From Thermofilaceae archaeon (lineage in GTDB: Archaea; Thermoproteota; Thermoprotei; Thermofilales; Thermofilaceae), in the NCBI GenBank assembly GCA_038731975.1, contig JAVYQJ010000002.1, forward strand, positions 74,986 through 138,985: a stretch of DNA of 64,000 bases, read 5' to 3'. Positions 30,519 through 40,027 of the stretch are shown here, one piece after another; position 1 is the stretch's first letter; each line of letters starts with the position of its first letter. The notes under the pieces were generated by a model, which did not search any database, was not told the origin of the DNA, and saw only the letters and a program-made list of their open reading frames with translations. The translations under genes were made by a program, and so were the position numbers.

Positions 30519-32789
30519 TCAACTCTGCTCCAGCGCTGCTACCACGGCCTGGCCTAAAGCTATACCGCCGTCACCGGGAGGGATGCCGATAGGCAGCAGG
30601 ACCTTTCCCAGCACCCTCCTTAACCCTTTTATGATGTAATCGTTTACCGCAGCCCCTCCGCTGGCAATCACAATCGGTTTTTGATCGGGGATCTTATTGA
30701 GTATCAGTTCCGCCAGCGCTTCCCCGAGTCTGGTTAAACAGGTATACGCAAGATCGCGCACGCTGTAGGAGTCGCGAGCGGCGAGTAGCGAGCTTATGAA
30801 CTCCGAGGTCATTACGGTATCGTCCTGAACCTCGATCTTCAGCTTGTCCACAAGCGCTCCACCACGTGCAGCCGCCTCGAGCTTTACCGCCGGTTCACCC
30901 TCGTACGTTCGTACTCCACAAACTCCCAGCAGCGCGGAAACAGCGTCTAAGAAACGCCCCACGCTCGATGAGTAGTAGACCTTGTCGCTTCGCGCAGCTG
31001 CCTCTAGCTCCAAGCGCCCCCCAGGCAGCGTCTTATCGAGACCCAGAGATGAGCAGGCCATTAGCGCCTCGTCCAATCCGATCTTTTCCGCCAGAACCCG
31101 CACCACTATTCTAGCCGGGTAAACAGCGGCTCGGTCGCCCCCCGGTAGCGGAAGGTACTCTAAGTGCCCCACCCTCTCGTAGCTCCTATAAGTCGCCAGC
31201 ATCACTTCACCACCCCACAGCCTGCCATCATCGCCGTAGCCGACGCCGTCCATCGCTACTCCGACCACCTCAGCATCCAGCGGCAGACCTCGCGACGCCA
31301 TAGCTGACACGACGTGGGCGTAGTGGTGCTGGACCTTAACGTGGGGAATGCCCTTTTGCCTGGAAAGCGTTCCAGCTAGCTCGCTCGTAACGTACCGAGG
31401 GTGCTTATCGGATGCTACAACCTTAGGTTCGATCCTGTAGTTAGCGAGCAGGTAGTCTATCGATGAGAGCAGGAATTCAACGTTTTCTAGGTTATCCATG
31501 TCCCCGACGTACTGGGTGAGCACAACTTTATCCTCAAAGGCAACCGCGCCGGCGTTATCGAGATGAGCACCTAGGGCTACAGCCTCTGAGCCGAGTTGGA
31601 AGGGAAGGTTAACCCATTTTGGTGCGTAACCTCTGGCTCTCCTTATCAACTGTGGCTCGCCATCGGTGATCCTGACCACACTGTCATCAACGCGGTTTAC
31701 GATCTTCCTGTTGTGAAGAACAAAGTAATCCGCTATCCCTCGCAACTCCACTAGAGCTTCTTCACCCTTGCATATCGGTAAACCACTGCGGTTACCGCTT
31801 GTCATTATCAGGAACTTATCTCGGGTCTCATTTAGCAAAAGGAAGTGAAGCGGAGTGTATGGCAGCATAACCCCCAGCTCTGAGAGCCCGGGGGCCACGA
31901 GCTCCGACACCGGTGACCCTTCCCTCTTCGGGATCAGCACTATCGGCCTGTGAGGGGAGATCAGCAGGCGTATATGATCCTCCGCCGGATCCGCTAACCT
32001 TTTGACAATCTCCACGTCCAAGGCCATGATCGCGAACGGTTTCTGCGGCCTACGCTTCCTTTCCCGAAGCTTCATAACCACGTCGTCATCGCTCGCCAGC
32101 GACGCTAGATGGAAGCCCCCTAGACCCTTCACTGCCACTATTGAGCCCTCCTCTATCAGAAGAGCCGCCTCACGCAGAGGGTCGTCACAAGGGATCACTT
32201 TTCCGCTGGCGTCGACTAGGGCGAGGCGCGGGCCGCACTTGGGGCAGCTAATGCCTTGAGCGTGGAAGCGCCGCACGTTCTCGGAATCCTTATACTCCCG
32301 TAAGCACTCGTCACAAAGGGGAAAGTCGTTCATAGAGGTGTTCTCCCTGTCATACGGCGCCTTGTACATCATCGAGAAGCGGGGGCCGCACCATGCGCAG
32401 GAGTTGAAGGGGTAGCGGTACCATCGGGAGGCGGGATCTGTGATCTCCCTCAAGCAGTCAGGACAGACGCCGATGTCGGGGGGTATCTGCGACCTCTTGA
32501 CCAGGCTTTCGCCGCTGCTCTTTATCGCAAATGTTTCGAAGAATTTCGGCTGCACCCAAGCCACGGTTATTCCGTCCAGCTCAGCTGGAGGTGGCCTCTG
32601 AACCTTTAGGGCTCGGAGGAACTCCTCAATAGCCCTTTCATCTCCTTCCACCCATATTTCAACTTCAGATCCACCCAGGTTCTGAACGTAGCCGTATAAA
32701 CCGAGTTTAACAGCTAGTCTGTAGACAAAGGGTCGAAAGCCCACGCCTTGCACTACACCTGTGACCCTGATTAGCGCTGCACGCCTCAC
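30519..32789 (-). CDS. hypF: [NiFe]-hydrogenase maturation carbamoyltransferase HypF
   Basis: Acylphosphatase motif VTGVVQGVGFRPFV. Two Zn-finger pairs, CPDCLREI...CAWCGPRFS and CDECLREY...CPKCGPR, followed by YrdC-like and Kae1-like regions. The GTG at 32789 is preferred to the ORF-track start at 32834 (see the promoter finding). Confidence 0.9.
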   Translation of the reverse strand: MRRAALIRVTGVVQGVGFRPFVYRLAVKLGLYGYVQNLGGSEVEIWVEGDERAIEEFLRALKVQRPPPAELDGITVAWVQPKFFETFAIKSSGESLVKRSQIPPDIGVCPDCLREITDPASRWYRYPFNSCAWCGPRFSMMYKAPYDRENTSMNDFPLCDECLREYKDSENVRRFHAQGISCPKCGPRLALVDASGKVIPCDDPLREAALLIEEGSIVAVKGLGGFHLASLASDDDVVMKLRERKRRPQKPFAIMALDVEIVKRLADPAEDHIRLLISPHRPIVLIPKREGSPVSELVAPGLSELGVMLPYTPLHFLLLNETRDKFLIMTSGNRSGLPICKGEEALVELRGIADYFVLHNRKIVNRVDDSVVRITDGEPQLIRRARGYAPKWVNLPFQLGSEAVALGAHLDNAGAVAFEDKVVLTQYVGDMDNLENVEFLLSSIDYLLANYRIEPKVVASDKHPRYVTSELAGTLSRQKGIPHVKVQHHYAHVVSAMASRGLPLDAEVVGVAMDGVGYGDDGRLWGGEVMLATYRSYERVGHLEYLPLPGGDRAAVYPARIVVRVLAEKIGLDEALMACSSLGLDKTLPGGRLELEAAARSDKVYYSSSVGRFLDAVSALLGVCGVRTYEGEPAVKLEAAARGGALVDKLKIEVQDDTVMTSEFISSLLAARDSYSVRDLAYTCLTRLGEALAELILNKIPDQKPIVIASGGAAVNDYIIKGLRRVLGKVLLPIGIPPGDGGIALGQAVVAALEQS

Positions 32790-32812
32790 AGCGGTAAGAC
32801 ACTGGCATAGGC

Positions 32813-32823
32813 ATTTTTTAAGG
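32813..32823. promoter_or_regulatory. Shared A/T box (ATTTTTTAAGG) between divergent hypF and thiI
   Basis: This is the only A/T-rich element between the two genes. It lies about 26 nt from the hypF GTG at 32789 and 22-28 nt from the thiI ATG 32840 / GTG 32846. Confidence 0.5.
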
Positions 32824-32839
32824 CTTAACCTCACCTCTC

Positions 32840-34288
32840 ATGCTTGTGGTTCTGCTACTCAGGCTGGGGGAAATCACGATAAAAGGCCCCCGTACTAGAA
32901 GGAGGTTTGAGAAGCTATTGCAGAGGAACATAAAGGAGGCGCTCCACTCCGCCGGCATCGAGTATACCGAGAGACGTGAGGGTGGAAGGATATTCATCTA
33001 CTGTCAAAACGAGGATAAGGCGCTCGAAATCCTTCGAAGGGTCTTCGGCATCAAGTCGCTCTCCAAAGCTGTTGAAATAGAGTTCACGGATCTCGACGAT
33101 TTAGTCGCCAAGGCCGAGGAGGTCTTCAGGGAGAAGGTTAAAGGGAAACGGTTCGCTGTGAGGGCTCGGAGAGTAGGGTCCCACAGCTTCACGTCGCTGG
33201 ACGTAGAAAAAGCCCTCGGAGCCGCACTGCTAGGGTACGGGGCAGGGGTCGACCTCGAGAACCCCGATGTAACAGTCTACGTTGAAGTGCGCGGGCAAAG
33301 AGCGTACCTCTACACAGACGTCGTAAGAGCGTACGGTGGATTGCCCATCGGGAGCGAGGGTAGAGTTCTGGCGCTGGTGTCCGGAGGCTTCGACTCGGCC
33401 GTCGCAGCATGGTTTATGCTGAGGAGGGGGGCTGAGGTCCACTACCTCTTATGCAGGCTCGGAGGAGCCGTGCAGGAGGCGGGAGTTCTACACGTGTTGA
33501 AAGTCCTGGCTGAGCGCTGGAGCTACGGTTACAGGCCCAAGCTCTACGTGGTCGATTTCAGCGAGATACTGAAGTCCTTGAGGAAAAACTGTGATCCCAG
33601 CTTCCTAACGGTGCTGCTCAAGAGGTTCATGCTGAGAGCGGCTGAAGCGATAGCGCTCAAAGAGGGGTTTGAAGCTGTAGTAACGGGCGATTCCCTAGGG
33701 CAAGCATCGTCCCAGACACTAACCAACCTCTCAGTTACCTCCGAAGCCGTCAGGATCATTGTTTTTAGACCCTTAATAGGCTTCGACAAAGACGATATAG
33801 TCGCCTTGGCGAGAGAGATAGGCACCTACGAAGCTTCGGCAAGAGTAAAGGAATACTGCGGAGCATTCAGCGAGCACCCTCGCACACGGGTGAAACTCGA
33901 TGAGGTAAAGAGGGAGGAAGGCAAGCTCGATCCAACACTACTGGATAAGGCTTTATCCAGGGTCATGATCTACGACTTGAAAGAGGTTAGCGTGGAAGAG
34001 GCTTACGGAGAGCTCGAGGTGGAGACCCCGCCTCCCGACTCGATAATCGTCGACCTGCGAAGCAGTTCAAGCCGCAGGGTGTGGAGTATTCCGGGGTCGA
34101 TCTCCATGGACTTCGACCAGCTAATCGAGGGAGCGGCAGGGCTAGACCCCGCGAAGAAGTACGTTCTCGTGTGCGACGAAGGGGCTTTGAGCCTTGAGGC
34201 AGCATACATACTCCGAAAGCTTGGTTTTCAAGCCTACAGCTTGCGTGGAGGGGCAAAACGCTTACGGCGCAAGTTGACTAAGAGCTGA
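32840..34288 (+). CDS. thiI: tRNA 4-thiouridine synthase ThiI (THUMP + PP-loop + C-terminal rhodanese)
   Basis: RLGEITIKG (ferredoxin-like/THUMP N-terminus), PP-loop LVSGGFDSAVAAW, and a C-terminal rhodanese-like YVLVCDEGALSLEAAYILRKLGF. Confidence 0.9.
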   Translation: MLVVLLLRLGEITIKGPRTRRRFEKLLQRNIKEALHSAGIEYTERREGGRIFIYCQNEDKALEILRRVFGIKSLSKAVEIEFTDLDDLVAKAEEVFREKVKGKRFAVRARRVGSHSFTSLDVEKALGAALLGYGAGVDLENPDVTVYVEVRGQRAYLYTDVVRAYGGLPIGSEGRVLALVSGGFDSAVAAWFMLRRGAEVHYLLCRLGGAVQEAGVLHVLKVLAERWSYGYRPKLYVVDFSEILKSLRKNCDPSFLTVLLKRFMLRAAEAIALKEGFEAVVTGDSLGQASSQTLTNLSVTSEAVRIIVFRPLIGFDKDDIVALAREIGTYEASARVKEYCGAFSEHPRTRVKLDEVKREEGKLDPTLLDKALSRVMIYDLKEVSVEEAYGELEVETPPPDSIIVDLRSSSSRRVWSIPGSISMDFDQLIEGAAGLDPAKKYVLVCDEGALSLEAAYILRKLGFQAYSLRGGAKRLRRKLTKS

Positions 34289-34365
34289 GATCTATCGATC
34301 CGATGGAAGCCATTTTTCGCTGCGCTAAGTAGTAATTCGCCCTCGTGGCACTAGAGGGTAATGAG

Positions 34366-34465
34366 TGGTGGACCGGCCGGGACTTGAACCCGGGACCTCC
34401 CGCGCTCTTGGCCACTGCCACTTGACTTGCAAGGCGGACGCTCTCCCAGCCTGAGCTACCGGCCC
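34366..34465 (-). tRNA. tRNA-Ala(UGC) with ~23-nt intron in the anticodon loop, CCA encoded
   Basis: The reverse complement is GGGCCGGTAGCTCAGGCTGGGAGAGCGTCCGCCTTGCA[intron]GCGGGAGGTCCCGGGTTCAAGTCCCGGCCGGTCCACCA. It has the G3:U70 pair and its 3' half is identical to the tRNA-Ala(CGC) gene. Confidence 0.9.
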
Positions 34466-34482
34466 GACTAAGCCGGAAAGCC

Positions 34483-34502
34483 GGGGGGTAAATTCTTTGC
34501 GC
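34483..34502 (-). promoter_or_regulatory. tRNA-Ala promoter box (second copy of GCGCAAAGAATTTACCCCCC)
   Basis: Exact reverse-complement copy of 17452-17471, also 17 nt from the tRNA 5' end. Confidence 0.6.
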
Positions 34503-34506
34503 GAGC

Positions 34507-35781
34507 ATGGAGGATGGTTTTTTAGGTAGCAGCGCAAAGGCTCTCTGCGTGAGAGTAGACCTCGTAGAGGAGCTCTGCAGATTGATCAGGGTCAAGTCTG
34601 AAGTCGCCGTCACAGAACTCGGAGAGATTAAGAGGAGCAACTACCTGGAGGCTGCAAGAGCTGTGGCAGAGCTTGCTGAGAGGTCGGGTCTCTCGGCTGA
34701 AATCGTGGAACTTGAGGCTAAAGGAGGGGTGATCCCTACGGTGATCATAGAAGGGGGTGGGCAAGGGCCGAGCCTCGCGTTGGTCAGCCACTACGATGTT
34801 GTACCGGCAAGGGGTCCCTGGCTTGTCAACGGACGTGGAATCGATCCTTACGAGCCTCTAATCATCGATGGTAAAGTGTACGGCAGGGGCTCTGCTGACG
34901 ATAAATCGGCTATCGTGGCCAGCATCGCTGGGCTGGCAGAGCTCTTGGAGAGCGGGGTGAAACTTAGGTACAAACCATCGATCGTTGTAACCGGTGATGA
35001 AGAAGTAGGAGGGTTAGGGGTTAAAACGCTCCTCGATAGTGGTTACCGCTGGGATAAGGCCGTAATTCTGGACGCTGGCGCTGAGTACCTCTCCGTGGGA
35101 GCAAGCGGCGTCGCCTTCGGCTGGATACGGGTGCGAGGTCGCTCCGGCCACGCAGGCTACCCTCACAAGGCTGCTAACCCTGTTGAAGGGGCGATAAAGC
35201 TGGCCTACAAGCTTTTGGAGACCTACAAGCCTTTAAGAGCCGCTAAGCTTTCGAGGTTCAACTCGCCTCCGGGCTCGCCCGTTCCTAAAGTCTGGGGACG
35301 CTTTAGCTTCACGATCTTCAAGCTGGCGCAGGGGGAGCCCGAGAAGCACAACCGGATCCCGTCGGAGGTGCTACTTGGTTTCGATTTGCGCCTACTCCCG
35401 GAGGAGGAGCTGGAAGGGGCGCTCGCAGAATTCTACTCGCATGTTTCCTCCGCAGCAGCGGGGCTAGGCGTAGACGTGGAGGTAACAGCTTGGGGTCAGA
35501 AAGGATGGTTCTCTAGGGACGAGAGCCTAATGAGGGAGGCGCTCGAAGCTGCTCGCCGAGCATACGCGGCCGTAGGCCTAAGTGGAGAGGTGGGAGCCGC
35601 AGCTGAGCTCGGCGGAAATGATGGAACGTTCTTCGACTCTGTTGGTATACCTGTAGTCGCGTTCGGTGCGATAAGAGCGGAGTGCAACGTTCACTCCGAA
35701 AACGAATTTGTCTACATTCATGATCTCCAAATGCTGAAGGAGTTCACGAAGAACCTACTGAAGGGTGGTACACATGAGTAA
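34507..35781 (+). CDS. M20-family metallohydrolase (ArgE/DapE/LysK-like deacylase)
   Basis: Motifs VSHYDVVPA, GRGSADDKSA, TGDEEVGG, and a dimerisation insert. The start may instead be the GTG at 34549, because 34507 abuts the tRNA promoter box. Confidence 0.8.
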   Translation: MEDGFLGSSAKALCVRVDLVEELCRLIRVKSEVAVTELGEIKRSNYLEAARAVAELAERSGLSAEIVELEAKGGVIPTVIIEGGGQGPSLALVSHYDVVPARGPWLVNGRGIDPYEPLIIDGKVYGRGSADDKSAIVASIAGLAELLESGVKLRYKPSIVVTGDEEVGGLGVKTLLDSGYRWDKAVILDAGAEYLSVGASGVAFGWIRVRGRSGHAGYPHKAANPVEGAIKLAYKLLETYKPLRAAKLSRFNSPPGSPVPKVWGRFSFTIFKLAQGEPEKHNRIPSEVLLGFDLRLLPEEELEGALAEFYSHVSSAAAGLGVDVEVTAWGQKGWFSRDESLMREALEAARRAYAAVGLSGEVGAAAELGGNDGTFFDSVGIPVVAFGAIRAECNVHSENEFVYIHDLQMLKEFTKNLLKGGTHE

Positions 35782-37456
35782 GCAGACAAGGTACGTATTC
35801 ATCACGGGCGGCGTGCTTAGCGGAATAGGGAAAGGAGTGGTTTCAGCGTCCATCGCGAAGCTGTTCCAGTTTAGAGGGTACAGAGTCGATATGATCAAGA
35901 TCGACCCTTACCTGAACGTTGATCCGGGCACCCTCAACCCGATCGAGCACGGTGAGGTTTTCGTCTGCGATGAAGTCTGGGAGTTTGAGCCAGCACCGGG
36001 CTACAGGTTTCTGATAGCCGAGATAGATCAGGACTTTGGAACATACGAGAGGTTCCTAGACGTAAACATGCACCCCTCTAACAACATAACCTCTGGGCAA
36101 GTTTACTTGAGCGTCATACTCCGCGAGCGCACGGGAGATTACCTGGGCAGAACCATTCAGGTTATTCCGCATATAACTGATGAAATCAAGCGTAGGATCA
36201 AGATGGTGGCGGATAGAAGCCAACCAGACGTACTGATCGTTGAAGTGGGTGGCACAGTCGGCGATATCGAGGCCATGCCCTACCTGGAGGCTATACGCCA
36301 GTTCCGCCTCGAAATGCCGCCGGGCTACACAGCCCTCGTTCATGTCACGCTTGTACCGTACCTTAAGACAGTGGGGCAGCAGAAGACGAAGCCGACTCAG
36401 CACAGCGTACGAGAGCTGCAGAGCATGGGCCTCCAACCCGATGTCATCATAGGGCGATCCGATGACTACCTGACGGAAGATTGCAGGAGGAAGATCAGCC
36501 TGTTCTGTAACGTCCCCCTCGAGGCAGTCATCTCGGACCCCGACCTCGACGTAGTCTACGAGCTCCCTCTGATATTCGAAAAGCAGGGATTGGGCAGATA
36601 TTTATCAAGGATACTGAAACTGGAGCGAGTAGAGAGTGACGCAGCCGCGGTTGGTGAATGGGAGAGAGTGGTTTCCAGGTATAAGAGTAGGCACGAGAAA
36701 GTGACGATAGCGATGCCCGGCAAGTACACGATGATACACGACAGCTACATCAGCATCAACGCCGCACTCGATCACGCAGCAGCCGAGCTGGGGTTAGGCG
36801 TAGAGTTGAAATACATAGACTCTGAGAAATTTGAAGAGGATCCAGGCTTGCTGGAAGCGGAGCTGAAGACTGTAGATGGTATACTTCTGACACCCGGCTT
36901 CGGGTCGAGGGGGGTTGAAGGTATGATCCAGGCAGCCCGCTTCGCTCTGGAGAATGAGAAATGCTTCCTCGGAATATGCTTCGGCGCGCAGCTCCTCTTC
37001 ATCGCTTTCTGCAGGTATGTCCTAGGCCTGAAAGGGGCTAACTCCACCGAGGTCGACCCGAATACACCCTACCCAGTTGTTGACCTGCTACCCGAGCAAA
37101 AGTCTATCACCGCAAAGGGAGGTACAATGAGGCTCGGAGCTCACGAAGTCTACTTGATTGAAGGCACCCGCGTTCACGAAGCTTACGGTGGTAAGAAAGT
37201 GGTAAAAGAGAGGTTCAGGCACCGCTATCACATCATACAAGACTATGCCATCAAGGGAAGGGATGCGGGACTGATAGTATCGGCAACAGACGCATCAGGG
37301 AGGATAATAAATGCAATTGAATTGGAATCTAAGAGTTGGATCGTAGGTGTCCAATTCCACCCCGAGTTCAAGAGCAGAGTTACGAGACCTTCACCCATAT
37401 ACCTAGCCTTTATTCGCGCCGCTTACGAGAGCAAGAAGAAACACGAAACGCGTTAA
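35774..37456 (+). CDS. pyrG: CTP synthase
   Basis: YVFITGGVLSGIGKGV N-terminus and a glutamine amidotransferase domain with LGICFGAQ and the HRY/H..E region. The ATG at 35774 overlaps the upstream stop by 8 nt. Confidence 0.95.
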   Translation: MSKQTRYVFITGGVLSGIGKGVVSASIAKLFQFRGYRVDMIKIDPYLNVDPGTLNPIEHGEVFVCDEVWEFEPAPGYRFLIAEIDQDFGTYERFLDVNMHPSNNITSGQVYLSVILRERTGDYLGRTIQVIPHITDEIKRRIKMVADRSQPDVLIVEVGGTVGDIEAMPYLEAIRQFRLEMPPGYTALVHVTLVPYLKTVGQQKTKPTQHSVRELQSMGLQPDVIIGRSDDYLTEDCRRKISLFCNVPLEAVISDPDLDVVYELPLIFEKQGLGRYLSRILKLERVESDAAAVGEWERVVSRYKSRHEKVTIAMPGKYTMIHDSYISINAALDHAAAELGLGVELKYIDSEKFEEDPGLLEAELKTVDGILLTPGFGSRGVEGMIQAARFALENEKCFLGICFGAQLLFIAFCRYVLGLKGANSTEVDPNTPYPVVDLLPEQKSITAKGGTMRLGAHEVYLIEGTRVHEAYGGKKVVKERFRHRYHIIQDYAIKGRDAGLIVSATDASGRIINAIELESKSWIVGVQFHPEFKSRVTRPSPIYLAFIRAAYESKKKHETR

Positions 37457-37477
37457 GAAATATATACTAGCGGCAAT

Positions 37478-38917
37478 GTGGGACGCGGGGGAACGAACGT
37501 TGTGTTACGAGTTTTCAATACGTTAGGAAGAAGGCTAGAGCCTTTCGTGCCAGTGCATCCGCGCCGCGTCTCCATCTACGTGTGCGGGCCAACGGTCTAC
37601 GACTATACGCACGTGGGTCACGCTCGCACCTACGTGGCTTTTGATACGATCAAGAGGTATCTTAGACTGCTAGGCTACGACGTCCTGCACGTCCAGAACA
37701 TAACCGATATCGATGATAAAATCATCAGGAGATCCAGCGAGGAAGGGAGGAGCTGGAACGAAGTGGCAGACACTTACACGCGCGATTACCTGGACGCGCT
37801 AAAGAAGTTGAATGTAAAGGTCGATCTGCACCCCCGCGTGACCGAGCATATAAAGGACATCATAGACTTCGTCCAACGACTTATCGAAAAGGGCCACGCG
37901 TATGTGACCCCCAGTGGTAGCGTCTATTTCGACGTAAGCACGTACGACGGGTACGGCGAGCTTAGCGGTAGGCTAAGCAGAGAGCTATGGGGTCAGGAGC
38001 AAGAGCTGGTCAGAGAAAAGAAGAATCCGTTCGACTTCGCCCTCTGGAAAGCCGCTAAGCCGGGGGAGCCGTGGTGGGATAGCCCGTGGGGCCCTGGTCG
38101 GCCAGGCTGGCACATTGAGTGCAGTACGATGTCTACGAAGTACCTGGGAGAGCAGTTCGACATACACGGGGGTGGAAGCGATCTAATCTTCCCACACCAT
38201 GAAAACGAAAGAGCGCAGAGTGAGGCCGCACTGGGAAAGAGACCTTGGGTCAAGTACTGGCTGCACACGGGAATGCTTACCGTTAAGGGGGAGAAAATGT
38301 CAAAAAGCTTGGGCAACATAATAACTCTGAAAGAGCTCTTCTCGAGGTGGAAGCCAGAGGTCATCAGGCTCTGGTTGGCTACCGTGCACTATAGGAGCAT
38401 TGTCGACTTCTCGGACGAAGCCCTTCAGCAGGCGCAACGCAACTACGAGAGGCTAGCTCTCACCGCCCATTCTTTACGGGATATCCTTAGGAAGGAGGAT
38501 TACAGCTTCAGTCTGAGCGACAGAGAAGTACGAGTCCTCAGGAGGCTTGAGGAACTGAGGGAAAACTTCCACAACGCCATGGACGACGATTTCAACTCGA
38601 GCAAGGCCTTCAGTTACGTCTATGAATTGACATCGATCGTACACTCTGAGATCCTAAAGAAGCCTGAAGCTGCTACGGTTCTCCGTGCTTATGCGCTCCT
38701 CGAGGAGTTTAACCGGGTGCTTGGGGTTCTTGACAGGTTCTTCTCAGAAGCGCCACCCTTACCCATCGAACAATTGATAGAAGTTGTAATTGAGGTGAGA
38801 AAAAGATTGCGAGCCAGCAAACACTATGAAATGGCCGACTGGATTAGAGAGCAGTTGGCTAAAATTGGCATAAGATTGTATGATAGGGGTGAAGAGACAA
38901 GCTGGGCGTTCACCTAG
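37478..38917 (+). CDS. cysS: Cysteinyl-tRNA synthetase
   Basis: [17 protein letters not shown] (HIGH motif), KMSKSLGN, and a WHIEC Zn ligand region. Confidence 0.95.
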   Translation: MGRGGTNVVLRVFNTLGRRLEPFVPVHPRRVSIYVCGPTVYDYTHVGHARTYVAFDTIKRYLRLLGYDVLHVQNITDIDDKIIRRSSEEGRSWNEVADTYTRDYLDALKKLNVKVDLHPRVTEHIKDIIDFVQRLIEKGHAYVTPSGSVYFDVSTYDGYGELSGRLSRELWGQEQELVREKKNPFDFALWKAAKPGEPWWDSPWGPGRPGWHIECSTMSTKYLGEQFDIHGGGSDLIFPHHENERAQSEAALGKRPWVKYWLHTGMLTVKGEKMSKSLGNIITLKELFSRWKPEVIRLWLATVHYRSIVDFSDEALQQAQRNYERLALTAHSLRDILRKEDYSFSLSDREVRVLRRLEELRENFHNAMDDDFNSSKAFSYVYELTSIVHSEILKKPEAATVLRAYALLEEFNRVLGVLDRFFSEAPPLPIEQLIEVVIEVRKRLRASKHYEMADWIREQLAKIGIRLYDRGEETSWAFT

Positions 38918-38918
38918 T

Positions 38919-39881
38919 TCAGGGCAGTTTCTCTAGACCCAGGGCTAATGCTATAGCCCCGTAAAGCCCTATATCATCGCCGAGCTGAGTGGCCCGTATC
39001 TCAGGTATCCTATTCACAGCGTATTCTGACACTAAGCGCTCTAAAGGCCGTATAACGAGGTCTACGTTGTTCAGAGCGACGGATCCTCCGATCGTGATGA
39101 GGGAGGGATCGTAAACGTTGATAACGTTAGCAACCCCCATAGCGTTGTAACGCTGAGCTTCTTCGACGACAGCGACTGCGAACGGGTCGTTCCTTTTAGC
39201 AGCATCGTAGACATCCTTCGACGTTATCTCCGATAGACCCTTTGAGGCTAGCACGCTCATCCGAAATAGCTCCGGCCTTCTCTCTGCGATGAGCCTAGCT
39301 AGTTTAGGTATGCCGCTACCTGAGGAGTACGCCTCCCAGTGCCCCCTTTTCCCGCATCCGCAAACAAGTTTTCCTTCAGAGTCTATGACCATGTGTCCGA
39401 TCTCGTGCGCGTTTCCATCTTTCCCCAGCAGTAGGTGTCCGTTAACGTAGATACCACCCCCAATGCCCGTACTGATCGTGATGTACACCAGATCGTCATG
39501 GCCCCTACCGGCTCCAAAGAATCGCTCCCCGATGACAGCTGCAACGCAGTCGTTCACTAGGTAAGCCGGGACTCCGAGCGCCTGCTTGATTGGTTCCACT
39601 ATCGGAACGTTCTCGAGAGGTAGGTTCGCAGCCCTCACTATGATCCCCCGCCTCATGTCGAGGGGACCGATGGATCCTATGCCGACCCCTTTGAGAGAGC
39701 TTTCACGAATCCCATTCCTCTTCAACATCTCACGTACCGCTTTGACTATAGCCGCAGCTGGGGCTGAGGAACTATCGCGCGGTGTCGCGAACTTCTCACG
39801 GTCTATTATCGTCGCGTCCCTGTCAGCCAGGACAACCCGAGTGTACGTTGCCCCAATGTCGACGCCCACCACGTAACTCAT
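38919..39881 (-). CDS. ROK-family sugar kinase (glucokinase-like)
   Basis: VGVDIGATYTRVVL phosphate-1 motif and the ROK Zn motif CGCGKRGHWEAY. The ATG at 39881 (MSYVVGVDIG) is preferred to 39941. Confidence 0.8.
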   Translation of the reverse strand: MSYVVGVDIGATYTRVVLADRDATIIDREKFATPRDSSSAPAAAIVKAVREMLKRNGIRESSLKGVGIGSIGPLDMRRGIIVRAANLPLENVPIVEPIKQALGVPAYLVNDCVAAVIGERFFGAGRGHDDLVYITISTGIGGGIYVNGHLLLGKDGNAHEIGHMVIDSEGKLVCGCGKRGHWEAYSSGSGIPKLARLIAERRPELFRMSVLASKGLSEITSKDVYDAAKRNDPFAVAVVEEAQRYNAMGVANVINVYDPSLITIGGSVALNNVDLVIRPLERLVSEYAVNRIPEIRATQLGDDIGLYGAIALALGLEKLP

Positions 39882-40027
39882 GCCGCGTCTCCCGAACCTA
39901 TAGTTGAGTCGCAGCTTTATCTCTGTCTTTACGTTTCTCATCGCTGGTGATGAAAGTACTCGAGCAATACTCGTGGTGGCAGCGTGAGCGGAGGAAATAT
40001 CACCCCCTAATTTCCAGAAATCGTGTA

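Noticed and set aside
34278-34640. Two minus-strand ORFs (120 aa and 70 aa) in the track
   Set aside because: They run straight through the tRNA-Ala(UGC) gene and its promoter box. The tRNA explains the region.
39947-39953. Additional GTGATGA or ATGATGA C-box-like heptamers inside genes (for example 13208, 34986, 39947, 52007, 36440 on the minus strand, 50420 on the minus strand)
   Set aside because: None has a CTGA D box at the required ~38-44-nt distance with recognisable D' and C' boxes, and all are inside coding sequence.
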